Below, piece after piece: positions 51,956 to 61,442 of a DNA stretch of 64,000 bases (the stretch's first letter is position 1; each line of letters opens with the position of its first letter). The translations under genes and the position numbers were made by a program. The notes under the pieces are model-generated. The model made no database searches, was not told the DNA's origin, and saw nothing but the letters and a program-made list of their open reading frames with translations. The stretch spans positions 736,001 through 800,000 of the forward strand of contig CAWKNZ010000002.1 in NCBI GenBank assembly GCA_963851265.1, given 5' to 3'. This DNA comes from an uncultured Gemmatimonadales bacterium. Its GTDB lineage: Bacteria; Gemmatimonadota; Gemmatimonadetes; Gemmatimonadales; Gemmatimonadaceae.

Positions 51956-52810
51956 TCACCCGTCCCGCTCGTACCCCCGCAACAACTGCATCATCCTCGT
52001 ATCCGTCGCCGTCGCGTCCTCCCCTTTCGGCGTCTCCAGGATCTTCGGCACCTCCGCCAGCCGCGAATCCGTCATGATGCGCCGGAACGGTCGCTCGCCT
52101 AACGTTCCCTCGGCGATCAGCTCGTGCCGGTCCTTGCGCGACGCGAACGGGAACTTCGAGTCGTTCAGGTGCAGCACCCGCAGCCGCCCGAGTCCGAGCA
52201 CGTCGTCGAAGCGCGCCCACACGCCGTCGTAATCGCCCACGAGGTCGTACCCCGCCGAGTACGCGTGGCAGGTGTCGAGACACACGCCCACGCGCGGCTG
52301 GTGCTCGGATGGGAGCCGAGCGATGATCTCGGCGATCTCCTCGAACGTCCGCCCGAGCACCGTCCCCGCGCCCGCCGTCGTCTCGAGGCAGAGCACCGTA
52401 CGCCCCGGCACGCGCGCGAGCGCTTCCGCGATCCCGTCCGCGTTGCGCGCGATGCCCGCCTCGCGCTCGTCCATGAAGTTGCCCGGGTGTGACACGAGGT
52501 AGTCCACGCCGAGCGCCTCGCACCGCGCCAGCTCCGCGGCGAACGAATCGACCGAACGCGCGCGGAGCGCATCGTCCGGCGAGGCGAGGTTGATGAGGTA
52601 GGAATCGTGCGACACGGTCGCGCGCACGCCCGTCGTCCCCAACGCGTCGCGGAACTGCGCCGACTCCGCGTCGTCGCAGACGCGCTCCGCCCAGCGGTTG
52701 GCCTGCTTGGTGAACAGCTGGAGCGCGGTCGCGTCGATCGCGTGCGCGCGCGGCGGGGCCTGGGCGATGCCGCCCGCCGTCGAAACGTGTGCGCCGAGGA
52801 GAGAAGCCAT
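51956..52810 (-). CDS. nfo: Endonuclease IV
   Basis: LGAHVS, HDSYLINLAS, HPG, LETTAG, CLDTCH, HLNDSK, DRH, ILETP. Confidence 0.96.
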   Translation of the reverse strand: MASLLGAHVSTAGGIAQAPPRAHAIDATALQLFTKQANRWAERVCDDAESAQFRDALGTTGVRATVSHDSYLINLASPDDALRARSVDSFAAELARCEALGVDYLVSHPGNFMDEREAGIARNADGIAEALARVPGRTVLCLETTAGAGTVLGRTFEEIAEIIARLPSEHQPRVGVCLDTCHAYSAGYDLVGDYDGVWARFDDVLGLGRLRVLHLNDSKFPFASRKDRHELIAEGTLGERPFRRIMTDSRLAEVPKILETPKGEDATATDTRMMQLLRGYERDG

Positions 52811-52889
52811 GACGTGCAAGCTAGCCGCCCCACTCCGGCCGAGCGCCGAGCCGTCGCGGCCTGACTAACCGCGTCGTCCCGCTCGCGCC

Positions 52890-54326
52890 TCAGCGCCCGC
52901 CGAGCAGGGAGAGCGGGTCCGTCGCGCGACCCTGCGGGCGCAACTCGAAATGCAGGTGCGCCGGCAGATCCGGATCGGACGCGCCGACCGAGCCGACGAC
53001 CTGACCGCGTTGCACCGCGTCGCCCACCTGCACGTCGATGCGCGCCAGCGACCCGTACACGCTGTAGTCCCCGCCCTCGTGTTGCAGGATCACCGTCGGC
53101 CCGTACGACCCGATGCTCTGCGCCACCGCGACGCGCCCCGCGGCCGCCGCATGCACGGGCGTCCCGGACGCGGCCTCGATCCCGACACCGTTCCACCGCG
53201 TCGCGGTATTGTTTGCGCCGATCACGCGCCCGAAGCGGTAGAGCAGGGGCCCGCGCACCGGCCAGCTGAAGCTGGTCGGCGCGCTCGCCGGCGCTGCCGG
53301 GATCGCGAGCGGCGGCGGCGAGACCACGACGGGTGCGGGGGGGCGCACGGCCACCTCGGGTGGCCGCGCGCCGGAGCGCGCGGGCGCGGTCCGGGCGGTG
53401 ATGCGCGCCGCCGCCCGACGCTCGGCTTCGCGCGCGGCCGCCTCGCGCGCCGCCGCCGCGCGCGCCTCCGCGAGTCGCGCCGCGGCCTCACGCCGCCGCC
53501 GCGCGGCCTCGATCTCGGCCAGCAGCGACGACAGCCGCGCCTCGTCGCGTGCGATCTGCGCGATGCGGCCCCGCGCGCGCGCGGCGCGCCCCTCCACCTG
53601 CGCGAGCGATCGTCCGCGCTGCGCCTCGAACTGGCGCAGCCGCGTTTCCTCGGCCGCTTTCTCGTCGCGGTTGCGTGCGAGCTCGATTTGCAGCCGCACG
53701 AGCAACGCCCGCTGCGCGGCCACGTCGTTGCGCAGTCGCTCGACGCGGCGGACGAGCGTGCGGTCGCGTCGCGCGAGCTCGTGCAGGTACTTGTAACGCG
53801 CGACGAGGTCGCCGAACGACGCGGCCGAGAGCAGCGCCTCGGGCTCGTCGAGGGGCCCGCGCTTGTAGATCTCGACCAGCCGGCGCCGAAGTCCGACCTG
53901 CTGACGCGCCAGCTCGCGCGACGCGCTGTCGTAGCGGGCCGACGCGATTTCCACCTCGTGGTGAATCGCCCCGAGCTGGTCGTCGAGCGCCCCCACCACG
54001 CGCGACGTGGCCGCGGCCTGCCGGTCGAAGTTCGCCGCCTCGGCGCGCAGGTCGTGCGCCGTGTCCTGCAGCGTGCGGAGCTGCGCCTCGAGCGCCGCGC
54101 GCTCCTCACGCGCGCGCGCCAGTTCGTCGCGTCCGCTCCGGAGCCGCGCGTCGGGCGCGTCGGTGGTCGCGGGCGGAGGCGCCACTGGTGCGGGTCGCTG
54201 CGCTCCGCCCCGCTTCGGCCGCCTCTGCGCGGCCGCCGGGAACGCGGCCGCGAGCAACGCGAGTGCCGCGACGGCAACACACGCGCCGACCGTGGTGGCG
54301 CGCGCGACGCGCGCGTCCTGCGTCAC
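52890..54326 (-). CDS. Murein hydrolase activator EnvC-like (coiled coil + degenerate M23)
   Basis: Long coiled coil; WPVRG, WNGVGI (no HxxxD), YSVYGSL, HLHFELR; follows ftsX with GTGA overlap. Confidence 0.88.
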   Translation of the reverse strand: MTQDARVARATTVGACVAVAALALLAAAFPAAAQRRPKRGGAQRPAPVAPPPATTDAPDARLRSGRDELARAREERAALEAQLRTLQDTAHDLRAEAANFDRQAAATSRVVGALDDQLGAIHHEVEIASARYDSASRELARQQVGLRRRLVEIYKRGPLDEPEALLSAASFGDLVARYKYLHELARRDRTLVRRVERLRNDVAAQRALLVRLQIELARNRDEKAAEETRLRQFEAQRGRSLAQVEGRAARARGRIAQIARDEARLSSLLAEIEAARRRREAAARLAEARAAAAREAAAREAERRAAARITARTAPARSGARPPEVAVRPPAPVVVSPPPLAIPAAPASAPTSFSWPVRGPLLYRFGRVIGANNTATRWNGVGIEAASGTPVHAAAAGRVAVAQSIGSYGPTVILQHEGGDYSVYGSLARIDVQVGDAVQRGQVVGSVGASDPDLPAHLHFELRPQGRATDPLSLLGGR

Positions 54327-55198
54327 CCCCAATGGCGGCGCCGATCGCGGCCGACGAGTCGAAGGTGGCGCCCCACCGACGCCGCGCTCCCGACCAGGCC
54401 CAGGACCGCGCCCCCCACCACGCCGGCGACCGCCGCCGTCGGCGGAAGGAACGCGATCGCGATCACGTATCGCCGCACGACGGCACACGCCGCGTAGGTC
54501 AGCAGCAGCGCGAGCGCTCCGCCCGCCACGCCGCCCACCGCGCCTTCGAGCAGGAAGGGCAGCCGGATGAATCCGTCCGTCGCACCCACGAGCCGCATCA
54601 GCTGGATTTCACGCGCGCGCGCGAGCACGGCGATGCGGATGGTCGCGCCCGTGATGATGAGAGCGGCGACGGCGAACGCCGCGCCGAGCGCGATGCCGGC
54701 CGCGGTCGCGACCGCGCGGATCGCGGCGAGCTTCTGCACCCACTCCTCGCCGTAGCGCACGTCGTCCACGCCGGGGAGCGCGCGCATCCGGTCGGCCACC
54801 GCGCGCACGTCGCCCGCATCGCGGCGGCCAGGGCGAAGGTGCAGCTCGACCGACGGCGGGAGCACGGCGGCGTCGAATACGTCGCGGAACTCTCCCAATT
54901 CGCGGCGTGCCCGGCGGAGCGCCTCGTCCGACGTCACCACGTCCACCCGCGCCACCTCGGGATAACCCTGTGCGGACGCGACCACGCGCGTCACCTGCGC
55001 CGCCGTCGCGCTGTCGCCCAGGAACGCGCGCACCTCGACGCGGTCCTCGACGCGCGCGAGCGCGTCGCGGATGTTGAGCGCGACGACGCCGAACAGCCCG
55101 AGCGAGAACAGTGAGAACGCGATCGTCGCGACCCCGAGCGCGCTCAGGAGCGGCGCGCGACGGAAGGCGAGGAGCGCCTCGCGGACGGCGTGACTCAC
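54323..55198 (-). CDS. ftsX: Cell division permease FtsX
   Basis: REALLAFRR, EVRAFL, RAREIQLMRLVGATDGFIRLPFLLEG. Confidence 0.93.
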   Translation of the reverse strand: MSHAVREALLAFRRAPLLSALGVATIAFSLFSLGLFGVVALNIRDALARVEDRVEVRAFLGDSATAAQVTRVVASAQGYPEVARVDVVTSDEALRRARRELGEFRDVFDAAVLPPSVELHLRPGRRDAGDVRAVADRMRALPGVDDVRYGEEWVQKLAAIRAVATAAGIALGAAFAVAALIITGATIRIAVLARAREIQLMRLVGATDGFIRLPFLLEGAVGGVAGGALALLLTYAACAVVRRYVIAIAFLPPTAAVAGVVGGAVLGLVGSAASVGRHLRLVGRDRRRHWG

Positions 55199-55216
55199 GC
55201 GCGCTTCACGCCGCCG

Positions 55217-55924
55217 TCACGCGGCCACGGGCGCGCCGTCGTGTGCGACGCGCCCGCGCTCGAGGTGGATCGTCCGCAGGCCGGCTCGCGCGACCAGCTC
55301 GGCGTAGTGCGTCGCCATGAGCACCGCCGTGCCGCCCGCGTGAATCTCGCGCAGCAAGTCGAACACGCCGGCGGCCGCGCGTTCGTCGAGGTTCCCGGTG
55401 GGTTCGTCGGCGAGCAGCAGCACCGGACGGTTGACGAGTGCGCGCGCGATCGCGACGCGCTGCTGCTCTCCGCCGGACAGCTCGTGCGGCAACCGCATCC
55501 CACGCCCCGCGAGCCCGACGCGCGCGAGCGCGTCGTTCGCCCGCTCGCGCACGGCCGCGCGCGGCGCGCCGGTCACCTCCAGCGCGAAGGCGACGTTCTG
55601 CTCTGCCGTGCGGTCGCCGAGGAGTCGGAAATCCTGAAACACGATGCCGAGCTGCCGCCGCAAGCGCGGGACCGAGCGCGCCAGCTCGCGCGGCGACAGC
55701 ACGCTCGTGTCCTCTCCGACCACCACGACGCGGCCGCTCGTCGGCCGCTCCTCGAGGTACGCGAGCCGCAGCACCGAACTCTTGCCCGACCCGCTCGGCC
55801 CGGTGAGGAACGCGAATTCACCGCGGTCGAGCACGAACGACACGCCGTCGAGCGCGTGCGCGACCGGCGCCCCCGCGCCGCCGCCGCGCTCGTAGCTCTT
55901 GACCACGTCGGCGAAGGTGAGCAC
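55217..55924 (-). CDS. ftsE: Cell division ATP-binding protein FtsE
   Basis: [51 protein letters not shown]; adjacent to ftsX. Confidence 0.93.
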   Translation of the reverse strand: MLTFADVVKSYERGGGAGAPVAHALDGVSFVLDRGEFAFLTGPSGSGKSSVLRLAYLEERPTSGRVVVVGEDTSVLSPRELARSVPRLRRQLGIVFQDFRLLGDRTAEQNVAFALEVTGAPRAAVRERANDALARVGLAGRGMRLPHELSGGEQQRVAIARALVNRPVLLLADEPTGNLDERAAAGVFDLLREIHAGGTAVLMATHYAELVARAGLRTIHLERGRVAHDGAPVAA

Positions 55925-55946
55925 GATGCGGCTCCGCGCGTCCCGA

Positions 55947-57200
55947 TCAGGCCGCGAGCGCCTGCGCGAGGTCGGCGATCAAGTCCGCCGGATCCTCGAC
56001 GCCGATGCTCAGGCGCAGGAAGCCGTCGGGGATGCCGATCGCCGAGCGCTCCTCGCTCGTCAGCTTCGCGTGCGACGTGTACCGCGGCTCGACGACGAGC
56101 GAGTCGACGCCGCCGAGCGAGGTCGCGTGCGTGAACAGTCGCAGCGCGCGCAGGAAGCGGTCCGCCGCGGGCGCGCCGCCCGCGAGTTCGATCGCGAGCA
56201 TGCCGCCGAACCCGTCGAGCGTCGCGGCGGCGAGTGCGTGGTCGGGGTGCGACGGCAGCCCCGGGTAGTGCACGCGCGCGACGGCCGGGTGCGCGTCGCA
56301 CCAGCGCGCGATCGCCGTCGCGTTCGCGTTCTGCCGTTCCACGCGCACGGCGAGCGTCTTGAGCCCGCGCTCGAGCAGCCAGCACGCGAACGGGTCGGGC
56401 GCCTGCCCCCAGCGCACCATCTTCTCGCGCACCTCGGCGATGTAGCTCGCCGACCCGATCACCGCCCCGCTCAGCACGTCGTGGTGGCCGTTGAGGTACT
56501 TGGTGGCGGAGTGGATGACGACGTCGGCGCCGTGCTCCAGGGGGCGGAAGTTGATCGGGCTCGCGAACGTCGAGTCGACGACCAGCGCGACGCCGAGTTC
56601 GCGCGTGAGGCGACTGAGCGAGCGCATGTCGACCACGCGCGTCGTCGGGTTGACCGGCGACTCGATGAACACCGCGCGCGTGTTGGGCCGGAGCGCGTTG
56701 CGCCACCCGCGCGAGCGCGTCGGCTCGACGAACGTCGTGCGGATGCCTAACGTCGCGAACTCCTGCGCGAACAGCGTCTGCGTGCCGCCGTAGATCCAGG
56801 CGCTCGCCACGAGGTGGTCGCCGGGGCGGAGCAGGGCGAGCAGCGCGCACGCGGTCGCGCCCATCCCGCTCGCGAGCACGAGCGCCGCCTCGCCGCGGTC
56901 GAGGAGGGCGAGGCGCTCCTGCACCCGCTCGGCGTTGGGCGTGTTCCCGTAGCGGGTGTAGCGCACGCCCTCCGCCGTCCCGAAGGGCTGCGTGTGCGGG
57001 ATCGACTGCACGAGCGGCGCGACCACCGGCTCGCGGTCGGCGTGCGCGCCGCCCTCGGCAACGCCGCCGCCCACCGCCCGCGCCCCGTGCAGCGCGATCG
57101 TCGACAGCCCGGCGGGCGCGGCGGTGACGCCGGCCGCCGCGCCGGGGAGTTCGTCCGTCGTGGAATCGGCGGCGTCGGCCGGCGCGGGACGGGGCGTCAC
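55947..57200 (-). CDS. Cys/Met metabolism PLP-dependent enzyme (cystathionine gamma-lyase/synthase family)
   Basis: YTRYGNTP, ASGMGA, ESPVNP, VDSTFASP, HSATKYLNGH, SLGGVDSL, LRLSIGVED. Confidence 0.93.
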   Translation of the reverse strand: MTPRPAPADAADSTTDELPGAAAGVTAAPAGLSTIALHGARAVGGGVAEGGAHADREPVVAPLVQSIPHTQPFGTAEGVRYTRYGNTPNAERVQERLALLDRGEAALVLASGMGATACALLALLRPGDHLVASAWIYGGTQTLFAQEFATLGIRTTFVEPTRSRGWRNALRPNTRAVFIESPVNPTTRVVDMRSLSRLTRELGVALVVDSTFASPINFRPLEHGADVVIHSATKYLNGHHDVLSGAVIGSASYIAEVREKMVRWGQAPDPFACWLLERGLKTLAVRVERQNANATAIARWCDAHPAVARVHYPGLPSHPDHALAAATLDGFGGMLAIELAGGAPAADRFLRALRLFTHATSLGGVDSLVVEPRYTSHAKLTSEERSAIGIPDGFLRLSIGVEDPADLIADLAQALAA

Positions 57201-57517
57201 GCGAACCGCCCCGCGCTCGGCGGCGCGTCGAGGTCGGGCTTGGTGACGTGCACGATCTCGGACGGCGCGATGCCGACCACGTCCCGCAGCACCACCGACC
57301 CGCGTGGCAGCCCGTCGTCGACGAGGAGCGTGGCGAACTGCTGCCCGCGCGGCCCCTCCACGAGCACGAGCTCGCCGTCGCCCGCCATGCGCGCGCGCGC
57401 CTCGTTCGCGTTCATGCGGATCTGCGGCCCGCGCTCGGGATCGTCGCGGCGGGTCGCGACGAACCCGTCCACGCGTAGCGGGCGCGAACTCTGGGGGCGG
57501 GGGTAGAGCGGCGGCAT
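57197..57517 (-). CDS. Stand-alone molybdopterin-dinucleotide-binding-like (double-psi barrel) domain
   Basis: IRMNANEARAR..GDGELVLVEGPRG...VDDGLPRGSV pattern. Confidence 0.7.
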   Translation of the reverse strand: MPPLYPRPQSSRPLRVDGFVATRRDDPERGPQIRMNANEARARMAGDGELVLVEGPRGQQFATLLVDDGLPRGSVVLRDVVGIAPSEIVHVTKPDLDAPPSAGRFA

Positions 57518-57560
57518 GCGTCGGCGTCGGAGGAGCGGTGGCGTCGGGGCGGTGGCGGCG

Positions 57561-58199
57561 TCAGTCGAGGGCGGGCAGGCCGACGGGTAGCCACCCGCCG
57601 CCGGAGGCCGGCATCACGAGGCGACGCGCGGCGAGACGCGCGAGCACCGCCGCCGCCCGCGCGACGTCGGCAGGGGCCGTGTCGCGCCCGCGCGCGGACG
57701 CCGTCGCCAGCCGCTCGGCGTCGGCCGGGGCGAGCGCGTGCAGCGCGTGCCACAGCTCGCGCTCCTCGGGCGTGACGTCGCCGACGAGGCGCAGCTCGCC
57801 GTCGACCACGGCGACGATCGCGAGCGCGTGCCGCTCCAGCACCGCCTCGACCGCGTCCAGGTGCCCGTCGCCCACGCCCCGGAAGACGAAGTACACATCG
57901 GCGTGCCCGGCCGCCGCGGTCGCCGCCTCGACGGCGGTCGCGCCGTCGAGCACCGCGCGCACGTGGCGCAGCATCAGCTTGGCGACGATCTCGTCGGCGC
58001 ACGAAAAGTCGAGCAGCGTGACCTCGGAGAAGTCGATCACGTTGATGACGGGGCCGGACGGGCCGTGCTCCGCCGCGTCGGCGATCGCGCGCTCGATCTC
58101 GGCGCGCACGGCGGCGCCGGTCGGGCGGGTGACGAGGTTCGAGTACAAGTCGCACACCGTGCCGCGAAGCACCGTGCCCAGGTCGATGTGGTGGTGCAT
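57561..58199 (-). CDS. STAS-like (DUF4325-like) domain + winged-helix-like C-terminus
   Basis: LVTRPTGAAVR, VIDFSEVTLLDFSCADEIVAKL; C-terminal LWHAL...AVLARLAARRLV. Confidence 0.68.
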   Translation of the reverse strand: MHHHIDLGTVLRGTVCDLYSNLVTRPTGAAVRAEIERAIADAAEHGPSGPVINVIDFSEVTLLDFSCADEIVAKLMLRHVRAVLDGATAVEAATAAAGHADVYFVFRGVGDGHLDAVEAVLERHALAIVAVVDGELRLVGDVTPEERELWHALHALAPADAERLATASARGRDTAPADVARAAAVLARLAARRLVMPASGGGWLPVGLPALD

Positions 58200-58226
58200 C
58201 AGCGCCGCCCGCGCCTCGCGGCATGT

Positions 58227-58250
58227 GTGACAGCGCGCGTGACAGCGCGC
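58227..58250. repeat. 12-bp direct repeat GTGACAGCGCGC x2
   Basis: Lies in the 52-nt gap between the HATPase and STAS-like genes. Confidence 0.7.
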
Positions 58251-58251
58251 G

Positions 58252-59250
58252 TCATAGCAATTCGAGCGGAGGCGCCGGGCGCGCCGCGGGCCGCGCCGCC
58301 GCACCGCCGGTCGCGCCGGGGTCGCCCTGCGGGCCGACCGCCTGCGGGATCGTGATCTGGACCTGCGCACCCGGAAACGGCGCCAGCCCCTCTCGCAGCG
58401 CGACGTCGTCGTCCCACTCGGGCACGAGCGCGATGCGCGCCGTTCCGCTCCGTACGGCGAGCTTGCCCTGGAACTTGGTGACGAAGCTCCGGATCTGCGA
58501 CAGCCCCTGCCCGCGCCCGGACTCGCGGAACCGGCTCACGTTGCGCAGCACGCCCTCCTCCAGCGCCATGCCGTCGTCCCATCGGTCGCTACGCGGCCGC
58601 GCGACGTTGGACTCCAACGACCGCCGGAATCCGATGCCGGCGTCGCACACGGCGATCACCACCACCCGCCGTCCGAGCCGCTGCCGCCACGTATAGCTCT
58701 GCACCGCGACCCAGCCGTCGCGTCCCGCGTGCTCGGTCACGTTCTGGCACGCCTCGGAGAGCGTCATCGAAAACCGCATCGTCGAGCGCAGGTCGAGCCC
58801 GAGCCCGTCCCGCAGAATCGCCGTCGAGCGTTCCTGGATGCGGTCCACGATCTCGTGCACGTCGCCCGCGGCCGAGATCCGCGTGATTCCCAGCAGCACG
58901 TTCGACTCCGACGCGGCGCGACCGCGCGGCACCGCGCGCGTGAAATCGTACACCGTCTCCGCGTGCCCGAAGAAGCCGGCCCGCCCCCAGTACGACAGCG
59001 TCTCGTCGGCTTCGGGCGGCGCGAAGCTGGGCCGCACGTCGCGCGACTGCGCGAGGGCGAGCAGCGCCGTGAGCCCGTATGGCGACGCCCACCGCGCGTG
59101 CCGCGCGTCGACCAGCACCTTCGCGTCGGCGGGCGCCTCGGCCAGCTTGGCCGCGACCTGCTCGAAGGTGCTGTCGTCGAGCGACGACGGGATCGGAACG
59201 ACGGCCGTCAAGGCGGAGTGAAGGCGAGGATGGGCGGGTTGGCGCGCCAC
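58252..59250 (-). CDS. STAS-like + HATPase_c (anti-sigma/Ser-kinase-like) protein
   Basis: N-box LSEACQNVTEHA, G1 VCDAGIGF, G2 GRGQGL; N-terminal VLVDARHARWASPYG. Start uncertain. Confidence 0.8.
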   Translation of the reverse strand: MARQPAHPRLHSALTAVVPIPSSLDDSTFEQVAAKLAEAPADAKVLVDARHARWASPYGLTALLALAQSRDVRPSFAPPEADETLSYWGRAGFFGHAETVYDFTRAVPRGRAASESNVLLGITRISAAGDVHEIVDRIQERSTAILRDGLGLDLRSTMRFSMTLSEACQNVTEHAGRDGWVAVQSYTWRQRLGRRVVVIAVCDAGIGFRRSLESNVARPRSDRWDDGMALEEGVLRNVSRFRESGRGQGLSQIRSFVTKFQGKLAVRSGTARIALVPEWDDDVALREGLAPFPGAQVQITIPQAVGPQGDPGATGGAAARPAARPAPPLELL

Positions 59251-59306
59251 GCGTGGCTGGACGCCCGCGCCGGCGGGCGCCGGCCTGTCCCTCGCACCAC
59301 CGCGAG

Positions 59307-60332
59307 CTACGGCAGGCTGATCTCGCCGCGCAGGTGCGCGGCAAGCCCGCTCGCACCGCGGTGGGCGAGGTTGCGCCCCGCCGCACGGTGCGCCGCGACG
59401 ATCGCGTCGTCCAAGGTATCACCCGCGAGGAGGCGCGAGAAATGGGTCGCGCCCCAGACGTCGCCGCACCCGGTCGGATCGCCGCCGTCCGACACGTCGA
59501 CGCGCACGGCGGGGATCAACGCGGTGCGGAGCGGGCCCGGCGCGCCGCCGCCCACCCCGCTCACGATCGCCGCACGCGCGGCGGCGCGCGCCGGGCCGCC
59601 GTCCAGTTGCACCGTGCCGTCCGGCCCGCGCAGGCCGTCGTAGTCGCCGCGCGCGAAGTACACCGCGCCGCGCGGCCCCATCGTCACCGAGAGACATCGG
59701 ACGCCGTTGGCGAGCGCCGTCGCCGCGAGCGCCATCGGGTCCGGCGCCATCATCGCCAGTTCGTCCTCGTTCACCTGCACGAGGTCGAAGCAGCGGCACC
59801 ACGCCGCCACGTCGGGCAGCGGGCGCATCGTGCGCAGGCCGCCCGGTTGCACGGCGAGCGTGAGCGAGTGCAAGTCGCCGTACATCACGCCCTTGAAGTG
59901 CTGCCGCAGGAGCTGCGTCGTCTCGATGTCCAGTTCGAACCCCGAGATGAAGTTGACGTACAGTGCGTCGAGCCCCTCGATCAGCGGGCGCATGCCGAGC
60001 CACGTCCACCCCGGCACGCCGCCGCGCAGCACCTCGCTCCGCCGCTCCTTCGAGTAGTAGAACAGCTCGACGCGGTTGTTCGGATACGGCACCTCGACGA
60101 GCGCCGCATCCGGAGCCGCGTGGCGCAACGTGCGCACGAAGTCGTTCGCGCGTCCCCACAGGTCGTCGCCGACCTTGATCACGGGCACGATCTCCCAGTC
60201 GTCGGGCAGCGCCGCGTCGAGCGCCCCGAGCGCGTAGGTGATCCCGCCCCACTCCTCGATTGCCGCCGCCCGGACGTCGCGGCCGTGGATCACGTCCCAG
60301 ACGAACGTGCCGATCACGCCAAGTCGCGGCAC
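59307..60332 (-). CDS. PfkB/ribokinase-family carbohydrate kinase
   Basis: WGGITY, VQVNEDE, VTMGPRG, DPTGCGDVWG (PfkB signature variant). Confidence 0.85.
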   Translation of the reverse strand: MPRLGVIGTFVWDVIHGRDVRAAAIEEWGGITYALGALDAALPDDWEIVPVIKVGDDLWGRANDFVRTLRHAAPDAALVEVPYPNNRVELFYYSKERRSEVLRGGVPGWTWLGMRPLIEGLDALYVNFISGFELDIETTQLLRQHFKGVMYGDLHSLTLAVQPGGLRTMRPLPDVAAWCRCFDLVQVNEDELAMMAPDPMALAATALANGVRCLSVTMGPRGAVYFARGDYDGLRGPDGTVQLDGGPARAAARAAIVSGVGGGAPGPLRTALIPAVRVDVSDGGDPTGCGDVWGATHFSRLLAGDTLDDAIVAAHRAAGRNLAHRGASGLAAHLRGEISLP

Positions 60333-60333
60333 G

Positions 60334-61374
60334 TCAGACCTCCACGGACGCTCCGCGCGGCGCATCGTGCGACGTCACGTGCGTGGGGACGTGCTGATCC
60401 AAGAAGACGCGCGCGGCGCCGACGATCCCGGCCGTGCCCTCCAGCGCGCCCGGGACGATGCGCGCCGCGTCGACGGCCGGTCGAAACGCGCGGCGCCGGA
60501 CCTCCGCGCGCAGCGGCTCGAACAGCGCCTCGCCGGCCCGCATCACCCCCCCCGCGAGCACCACCACGTCGGGGTTGTACACGTTGAGCAGGTTGGCGAC
60601 GCCCGCGCCGAGAAAGCGCGCGGTGTCGCGGACCACCTCGCGAGCGAGCGCGTCCCCGCGATCGCTCGCCTCGTACACCGTCGCGGCCGTGATCTGCGAG
60701 AGGTCGCCTGCCACGAGGTCGGCGAGCAGCGACGGCTCGCCCGCCTCGAGCGCCTCGCGCGCGCGGAGCGCGATGTTGGGTCCCGACGCGTACGCCTCGA
60801 GGCACCCGTAATTGCCGCACGCGCACCGCCGCCCCGCCGTGTCGATCGTCGTGTGCCCTACCTCGCCCGCCACGTCCGACGCGCCGTGATACACCCGGCC
60901 GTTGAGGATCAACCCACCGCCGATCCCCGTCCCGAGCGTGATCCCGACCACGTTCTGCGCACCGCGCGCCGCACCGGTCCACCACTCGCCGAGCGTGGCA
61001 CAGTTCGCGTCGTTGTCGAGCGCCGTCTCGAGCCCGACGCGCTCCGCGATGAGCGCGCGCAGCGGCAGATCGCGCCACCCCAGGTTGTGCGCGACGACGA
61101 CCACGCCGCGCGCCCGGTCGAGCGCACCCGGTGACCCGACGCCCACGCCGGCGAACGCCGAGCGCGGCGCCTGCTCCGACGCCATCGTCTGCGCGATGAC
61201 CGTCTCGATCATCTCGACGATGCGGTCGACGACCGCGTCCGAGCCACGTTCGGCGTGCGTCAACGCCGTACGCACGACGACCTCGCGCCCGCTCTCCGCG
61301 ATGACGGACCCGACGCTGATCTTCGTCCCGCCGAGGTCGACGCCGACGACGTAGCGGGGCTCTGGATTTGACAT
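60334..61374 (-). CDS. ROK-family sugar kinase (glucokinase-like)
   Basis: GVDLGGTK, GVGSPG, LDNDANCATLGE, TLGTGIGGG, AGEVGH, CACGNYGCLEAYAS. Confidence 0.93.
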   Translation of the reverse strand: MSNPEPRYVVGVDLGGTKISVGSVIAESGREVVVRTALTHAERGSDAVVDRIVEMIETVIAQTMASEQAPRSAFAGVGVGSPGALDRARGVVVVAHNLGWRDLPLRALIAERVGLETALDNDANCATLGEWWTGAARGAQNVVGITLGTGIGGGLILNGRVYHGASDVAGEVGHTTIDTAGRRCACGNYGCLEAYASGPNIALRAREALEAGEPSLLADLVAGDLSQITAATVYEASDRGDALAREVVRDTARFLGAGVANLLNVYNPDVVVLAGGVMRAGEALFEPLRAEVRRRAFRPAVDAARIVPGALEGTAGIVGAARVFLDQHVPTHVTSHDAPRGASVEV

Positions 61375-61442
61375 GCCGCCAATCTACGCGCCCGCACCGC
61401 GGGCCATTCCGGCCCCGGCGTCCCCCGCGTTATCCGCGGCGA

